The notes under the pieces were generated by a model that was given only the letters and a program-made list of their open reading frames with translations, ran no database searches and was not told the DNA's origin. Position numbers and translations under genes: made by a program. From Stramenopiles sp. TOSAG23-3 (lineage: Eukaryota), in contig LT642203.1 of assembly GCA_900128585.1 (NCBI GenBank), forward strand, positions 1 to 34,480: DNA of 34,480 bases, read 5' to 3'. Shown piece after piece: positions 29,417 to 34,480 of this stretch (position 1 is the first letter of the stretch; each line of letters starts with the position of its first letter).

Positions 29417-31126
29417 ATGCCTCGCAGCACGGCGGCCGCGCATATTGCAGCAGCGAAGGGTGAAGCCTGGAATGCAGCAAGTGACCATGGTGATAGCGGC
29501 CGGCCGAGGAGGTGGAGCACGGAAGAAAAAATAGAAAAGGTAGACCTGCTGGTGACGAAAATTGGAATTGCTTACCCGTGTCATGACTGGGTTTTGAAGA
29601 GGGCGATTCTGTTGAATGAGTCCAAAGAATTCAAAAAATTTGTCACCTCGGCCATTTTTGTAGCTGCCTTATTAGTAGCGGTACAAACGTACAATATAGA
29701 GAGCCATGGGGTGAAAGCGTTTTTAAACGCGATGGACTTTCTGGTGTTGGTTGTATTCATATTTGAGGTGGCGATCAAGCTAGCAGCAGAGGGAAAAACG
29801 CCATGGCAGTTCTTCGAAGACAGGTGGAACGTATTTGACTTTTTTGTCGTTGCAATGTCGTTCGTCCCGTTGCCTGGAGACAGCGGCGCTACCGTCACGG
29901 CCTTTCGCATATTGAGGTTGCTACGGGTGCTGAAGCTCGTCAAATCCTTGCCAAAGCTTCAAGTGCTGACGTACGGCCTTATTGCATCGTTAAGTTCCGT
30001 CGGCTACGTGTCGATGCTCCTCGTCGTGACGTTCTACTTTTACTCCTGTGCAGGGGTCATATTTTTCGGCAGGAATGACCCCGTGTACATGGGCTCTGTT
30101 GCCACCGTGATGCTGACCCTTTTTCGTTGCTCAACCCTGGAGGATTGGACGGACGTTATGTACACCTCCATGTACGGGTGCGAGAACTACGGGTACGACG
30201 GCATGGAGCATTTATGCGTTCACTCAGAGGCAAAGTATCTCACCAGCATTTTTTTCCACTGTAGCTTTGTGCTGATATCTTCCTTGCTGCTCATGAATTT
30301 GTTCATTGGCGTAGTGGCTACGTCAGTGCAGGAAGCTAAACAGAGGATAGTCGATCAACACATGCGGGACGCGATCAACAAGACAAAACACGAAAAGACT
30401 GAGAACGAACGCTACGCAGAAATGTGCGATATTTTGAGGAAAGCCGCAAAAGAATTAGAAGAGTTTGCTGCAACCGAGCTGAGAAAGTCAGACCCAAAGC
30501 TCGTAAGGACCATGTCGGCGCTGTTTGGCAGCAAAGGGCTATTAGGTAGTCCAATCGAGGAAATGGCCCTGGAATCAGAACCCCGACAAGCACAAGACGA
30601 AGCGACGACAGCGCCCAGCAATTATCTGGTGGCAGCAGAGAAGCCAGACGGCCATGATGGTACGAAGCAGGGCCAACAGGTGGCGGACTTGAAAGACGGA
30701 AGAGTAGAAAATCCAGGAGGTGGCAAAACAAACAACACCCGAGCTTCTGGGAAGAAAAAAGCGTTCGATCTGGCGGAGGCAATCCAGGGAAAGGAGTCTG
30801 AGCGAGTGGGCGCTTTAGAAAGAGAACTGGCCACTGCACGGCGTGAAATCGACAAGCTGCACCAAGAACTGGCTCGTCTGAGTCCATCGCCCAAGAAAAC
30901 TCCTCATGAAGGGGGTAATGACACGCACGACGATGTTGAGCAAGCTATTAAGGATGGATTTGTGTCTCCAATGGCAAGCCCCGCTGAAAAACAGGAAAAG
31001 CCCAGGAGTGGTAGCATCGCAGGGAAGGACTCGCGCGCGGGAAAGTACGTTGTGGAGCAACGTCTTAAATTTGCAGAAATTGAAGGGGACCCAGCCGAGG
31101 ACGAGTCAATATTGTTTTTGGATTAA
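29417..31126 (+). CDS. Single-domain (1x6TM) voltage-gated Na+/Ca2+ channel, BacNav/EukCat-like
   Basis: S2 FIFEVAIKL, S3 WNVFDFFVV, S4 FRILRLLRVLKLVK, pore TLFRCSTLEDWTDVMY, S6 MNLFIGVV and C-terminal coiled coils. Only one 6TM unit precedes the stop codon. Confidence 0.93.
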   Translation: MPRSTAAAHIAAAKGEAWNAASDHGDSGRPRRWSTEEKIEKVDLLVTKIGIAYPCHDWVLKRAILLNESKEFKKFVTSAIFVAALLVAVQTYNIESHGVKAFLNAMDFLVLVVFIFEVAIKLAAEGKTPWQFFEDRWNVFDFFVVAMSFVPLPGDSGATVTAFRILRLLRVLKLVKSLPKLQVLTYGLIASLSSVGYVSMLLVVTFYFYSCAGVIFFGRNDPVYMGSVATVMLTLFRCSTLEDWTDVMYTSMYGCENYGYDGMEHLCVHSEAKYLTSIFFHCSFVLISSLLLMNLFIGVVATSVQEAKQRIVDQHMRDAINKTKHEKTENERYAEMCDILRKAAKELEEFAATELRKSDPKLVRTMSALFGSKGLLGSPIEEMALESEPRQAQDEATTAPSNYLVAAEKPDGHDGTKQGQQVADLKDGRVENPGGGKTNNTRASGKKKAFDLAEAIQGKESERVGALERELATARREIDKLHQELARLSPSPKKTPHEGGNDTHDDVEQAIKDGFVSPMASPAEKQEKPRSGSIAGKDSRAGKYVVEQRLKFAEIEGDPAEDESILFLD

Positions 31127-31538
31127 AAAATGGACCCCTGTAATTCAGTTTATCTAAGCCCTTATTTTATGCGTGTTAGTAATTATTTTCCATGCGATGC
31201 AATGTGATGTTTTCCTAGCCTTAATATTTCTTTCCTTCCGAATTAAAAATTAAAAGTTATCATAATCTAAAATCAGCAGCGAGCTTATGGCGTTAACGTG
31301 TTTTCACTCACCGATTCGGATCGGGCATGGAGTACACACATGAAAATGATAGTCAAGACTAAAAGTGACAAGGAGGGTCTATATTGAATACTAAAATCAC
31401 AACAGTAGAGATCAGTTCGCAGTACATTTAATTTTAATTACACTCTTAAATAACAGCGAATTAAAACAAACATTTTATAGGAACTCTCACTTAAAAATCC
31501 AACTTTTGTCAATATCCTTTGGTAAATTACTTCATCTT

Positions 31539-32567
31539 TTAATTCTTTAAGACGCCAACACGCGGGTACTTTTCGGTAAACTTTTTGAACCAGTCGTCCA
31601 ACGTAGACAACTGGTTCTCGTTTAGGTCGTCTGTTGCCCCGTTCAAATCGGAGGGATCTAGAGACATTTTTGCAAGCGACCTCGACGCGTCGTGCCCTGT
31701 AAAGAGGTGGTAGCTATTTCCTGCTTTGTACATTTCATTAGCGGAGACATCAAAGACCACCCCCTTCGCGCATAAATAAGCAGGCTTGCCATTTTCTTCC
31801 CCACGGTATTGCAAGAGCTCTTCCGTCGTAAAGCTCGCGCCCTCCGCTGCCTCTTTCGTACTCGTCGATCCTTTTTGGTACCACGCTTTCACGGCCGGCA
31901 GCGACATCATAAACTTGATGTATTCAGACATTTCGGTGTAACTGTCGAGGCAGGTTACGGGAACGTGATCCACGTGCCCCCTTTGAAAATTGCGCAATGT
32001 AGGCAGCAGGCGACAGTCCGCAATAGTAGGCTTGTCGCCACAGATAAAAGGCCCCCCCGACTTCTTCAACTCCTTGGTCAAGTGCCCCACAATCCGCTTC
32101 AGGTCGTCCCTAAGGAACTGTTCACGGAGCATCTTGATCCGGGCTTTCCCAGCGTCAGTGCTACTGGCAAGTTTGTCATAGCCATATTTGTATGGCTTCA
32201 TGCTAATGTATAGCGGGGGGGCCCATGCCTTGTCAAGGTCGTCGAGAATCCCCATGACGGTATCAATTTTTAACTGCTTTTCAATATCGTCCAGGGGGTA
32301 CAACGGGGGCGTCGCCCGTCTACCCAAGTATTTCAGTATGGCCTCGCTTTGCGTGACCACTGTGTCATCCTCCTTGACCATAATGGGCAGCGTGCCGTGT
32401 GGTGTAAGCGGCTTGAGCTCACTCCATTGCGGCCCTGGCTTTACTCGGTTGTCTTCAAAGGGTATGTCTCCTATTACGCAGCACAAACGCAACTTTTCGC
32501 CAGGTGCTGCTGAAAAGTCGAAATAGGTTATGGTTGGTTTGGTTTTGTTAGACGCTAAGCTCGCCAT
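31539..32567 (-). CDS. Glutathione S-transferase (sigma-like, Tyr-type) fused to MAPR-type cytochrome b5-like heme/steroid-binding domain
   Basis: GST-N: ITYFD...GEKLRL...IPFEDNRV...W..LKP.TP.G.LP...TQSEAILKYLGR. GST-C: GDKPTIAD...PAVKAWY. MAPR: FTTEELLQYRG...YLCAKGVVFDVS...Y....SY..FTGHDASRSLAKMS...LDDW..KF.EKYP.VG. Confidence 0.93.
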   Translation of the reverse strand: MASLASNKTKPTITYFDFSAAPGEKLRLCCVIGDIPFEDNRVKPGPQWSELKPLTPHGTLPIMVKEDDTVVTQSEAILKYLGRRATPPLYPLDDIEKQLKIDTVMGILDDLDKAWAPPLYISMKPYKYGYDKLASSTDAGKARIKMLREQFLRDDLKRIVGHLTKELKKSGGPFICGDKPTIADCRLLPTLRNFQRGHVDHVPVTCLDSYTEMSEYIKFMMSLPAVKAWYQKGSTSTKEAAEGASFTTEELLQYRGEENGKPAYLCAKGVVFDVSANEMYKAGNSYHLFTGHDASRSLAKMSLDPSDLNGATDDLNENQLSTLDDWFKKFTEKYPRVGVLKN

Positions 32568-33329
32568 CGTGAAACTGCACGCTTGGATACACTAGGCAAT
32601 GTGCAGGACGGTGACTTCTGGTACTGTTTCTATCACTTTTTATGTTGAAGAGAGAGTCAGTTACCCACAGTTACAAAGAACAATATTTTTAATAAAATTG
32701 TGTCGGCAAACTGTTCATCTGTACATATACGTACGTACATAGAATGTATAGTATAGATTTATCGATTGTCTGGAACGAAGCATCAAGACAATATAAAAAT
32801 TAATTTATTATAAATATATTAGTCTACCGGTATCTATCTCTATATTATATTATTGTTTTGCCTGTGGTGCGTGGGTGGTGGTTATTCTATCATAATATAT
32901 ATAATAAAATTCTTCTTCTTCTTTCTTCTCTTCTCCTCTCCTCCTCTCCCCTCATGATGCCGTCGGCCCGCTGGGCCGATTTACAGGTAATAATGAGGGA
33001 AAATATTAAAATAAGATTAGCATTGAAACGTAAAAATCAAATTTTCTGTCATCCTCCTCTTTTTTTTTTAAAGAAAAAAGATCTGTTCTTCTCTTATTAA
33101 AAATAGTATACCTGGTAGACTCATAATAACGATTATAGTTGGTTTAATAATGTATTTTCCCCATCCCAACACCACCACCTTAATGCAGCTGCTTGAAATG
33201 ACCGAATTCTACTTATTAATTTATCGAAGCGGGTGATGATGGTAATTAAGGAAAAAAGAAAAGATATTTTTATTATAATCTTGTTTTTTTCCCTCTTCTT
33301 CTCTCTTGTATCCATTCGGTCGTTCGGTT

Positions 33330-33392
33330 CCTGGTATAATACCAGGTACCTGGTACGGGACCTTTACAGGTACAGGTGTACAGGTACGGTAG
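33330..33392. repeat. Palindrome cluster built from TACC(A/T)GGTA and TACAGG units
   Basis: CCTGGTA-TAA-TACCAGG (33330-33346) overlaps the perfect 16-bp palindrome TACCAGGTACCTGGTA (33340-33355). Three copies of TACAGG follow. Confidence 0.85.
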
Positions 33393-33780
33393 ACTTATTA
33401 TTAGTTAGACGACTACTGACGAGTATAATAAAAATTTTATTATTATATTAATTATTATTACCTTTTTTTAGGATGATTGGGAATCTCTCTTTTGTTTTTT
33501 TGTAGATATGGATCATAGACATATGTATATATATGGTATGGTTGAATGCTTATAAAAAACGAGTGAGCTGATATTCAAACCATTGAAGACAGGAAAGGAA
33601 GAAACAATTGCACCGATTGAACTATTTTTTTTGTGGTCTCTGTATTCGGCGAAGCGTTGCACGCAAGGGACGAAATAGTTCGAGTTTGGTAGCATACATA
33701 CCTGATATTGGCTGCAGTAGGAAACAGGGCGTAGAGTACAGCACGCGCGACGTTTGGTTTTGGTTCAGCGAAACTTTCTT

Positions 33781-34410
33781 ATGTCATACATTCAGTCGAA
33801 AGAATCTGGCCCAGAGAGTGAAGACGGGCGGTCACTACTGCCGTCCGCTTTTGACATTGAAATGTCATCAACGGGGCTTGGGAACAAAAGGTGCCAGTAC
33901 AACAAATCGGTCATTTTTTCACCGTTCGGTTTTATTGCTGCTATTTTAGTCGGCATATTTGCGGTTTCGTTTGCAGGTTTGTTTGTGGCCCGAGAAGCAC
34001 CAGGCCTTCCCAAGTTGGAAGTAGCGCAATTGTCATCGCTTGTTGATATCCTCCGGAAGAAGTTTGGGGGCATAGCGACCCATGTCACGTTGGACAATTT
34101 TAACCCCCACGTGGCAAAAAATGGGTTCATGAACGTGTACACGACGGCGTCCAAGGACGCAAGCGGTATATACTTCGAGGTCAAATCGAAGAACATGGGC
34201 CCGGACAAATTGTTTGTTCGCAGCGACCTTGTTGTGAGGTCCCAGGGAGAGGAGCCGATGTTGCATACGCAGTTTGACGGGGAAAATCCACTGTGGTATT
34301 TCAAAGTCGGTGAAAGCGAGGAGACGATAGAGTTATTCCAAAAGCAAATGCGGTTGCGGACGTCGGACGACGATTTAAAACCGCTCCTAGAAGAGGGCGC
34401 GGTTATTTAA
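33781..34410 (+). CDS. Hypothetical single-pass membrane protein (209 aa)
   Basis: First ATG at 33781. One hydrophobic segment (FGFIAAILVGIFAVSFAGLFVA) is followed by a beta-rich-looking region. Composition is coding-like. Confidence 0.75.
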   Translation: MSYIQSKESGPESEDGRSLLPSAFDIEMSSTGLGNKRCQYNKSVIFSPFGFIAAILVGIFAVSFAGLFVAREAPGLPKLEVAQLSSLVDILRKKFGGIATHVTLDNFNPHVAKNGFMNVYTTASKDASGIYFEVKSKNMGPDKLFVRSDLVVRSQGEEPMLHTQFDGENPLWYFKVGESEETIELFQKQMRLRTSDDDLKPLLEEGAVI

Positions 34411-34480
34411 GAGTGTAATTAAAATTAAATGTACTGCGAACTGATCTCTACTGTTGTGATTTTAGTATTCAATATAGACC

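Noticed and set aside
27153-32567. GH30, channel and GST-MAPR as a functional gene cluster or bacterial HGT block
   Set aside because: The orientations are mixed, the functions are unrelated, and the spacers and composition are host-like. Adjacency alone is not evidence in a eukaryote.

Overview
Gene-dense eukaryotic (protist-type) genomic window with about 15 apparently intronless protein-coding genes. The coding regions are moderately GC-rich and the spacers are very AT-rich and low in complexity. A stramenopile-like host is my inference and is not proven. In order the genes are: USP4/11/15-type deubiquitinase, a small hypothetical protein, GDAP2-type macrodomain+PX protein, p24-alpha cargo receptor, CMC4, a WW-repeat protein, an AT-rich orphan ORF, an ankyrin-repeat protein, alpha-actinin, ribosomal protein eL22, a His-rich hypothetical protein, GH30 glucosylceramidase, a single-domain voltage-gated cation channel, a GST-MAPR fusion and a membrane-anchored hypothetical protein. 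I recognised no rRNA, tRNA, CRISPR array or intact transposon. The most notable observations are: (1) a 1x6TM channel with the bacterial-type filter TLEDWTD; (2) two unusual domain fusions, GST+MAPR and GDAP2 macro+PX; (3) a DARPin-like ankyrin array with a DNA-conserved scaffold and hypervariable binding positions; (4) a ~159-nt near-perfect hairpin overlapping the stop codon of a compositionally foreign ORF; (5) recurring intergenic motifs (TAGACGACTA, TACCWGGTA and a shared 19-mer), several concentrated in divergent promoter regions. All protein calls come from motif recognition by eye, without database searches.
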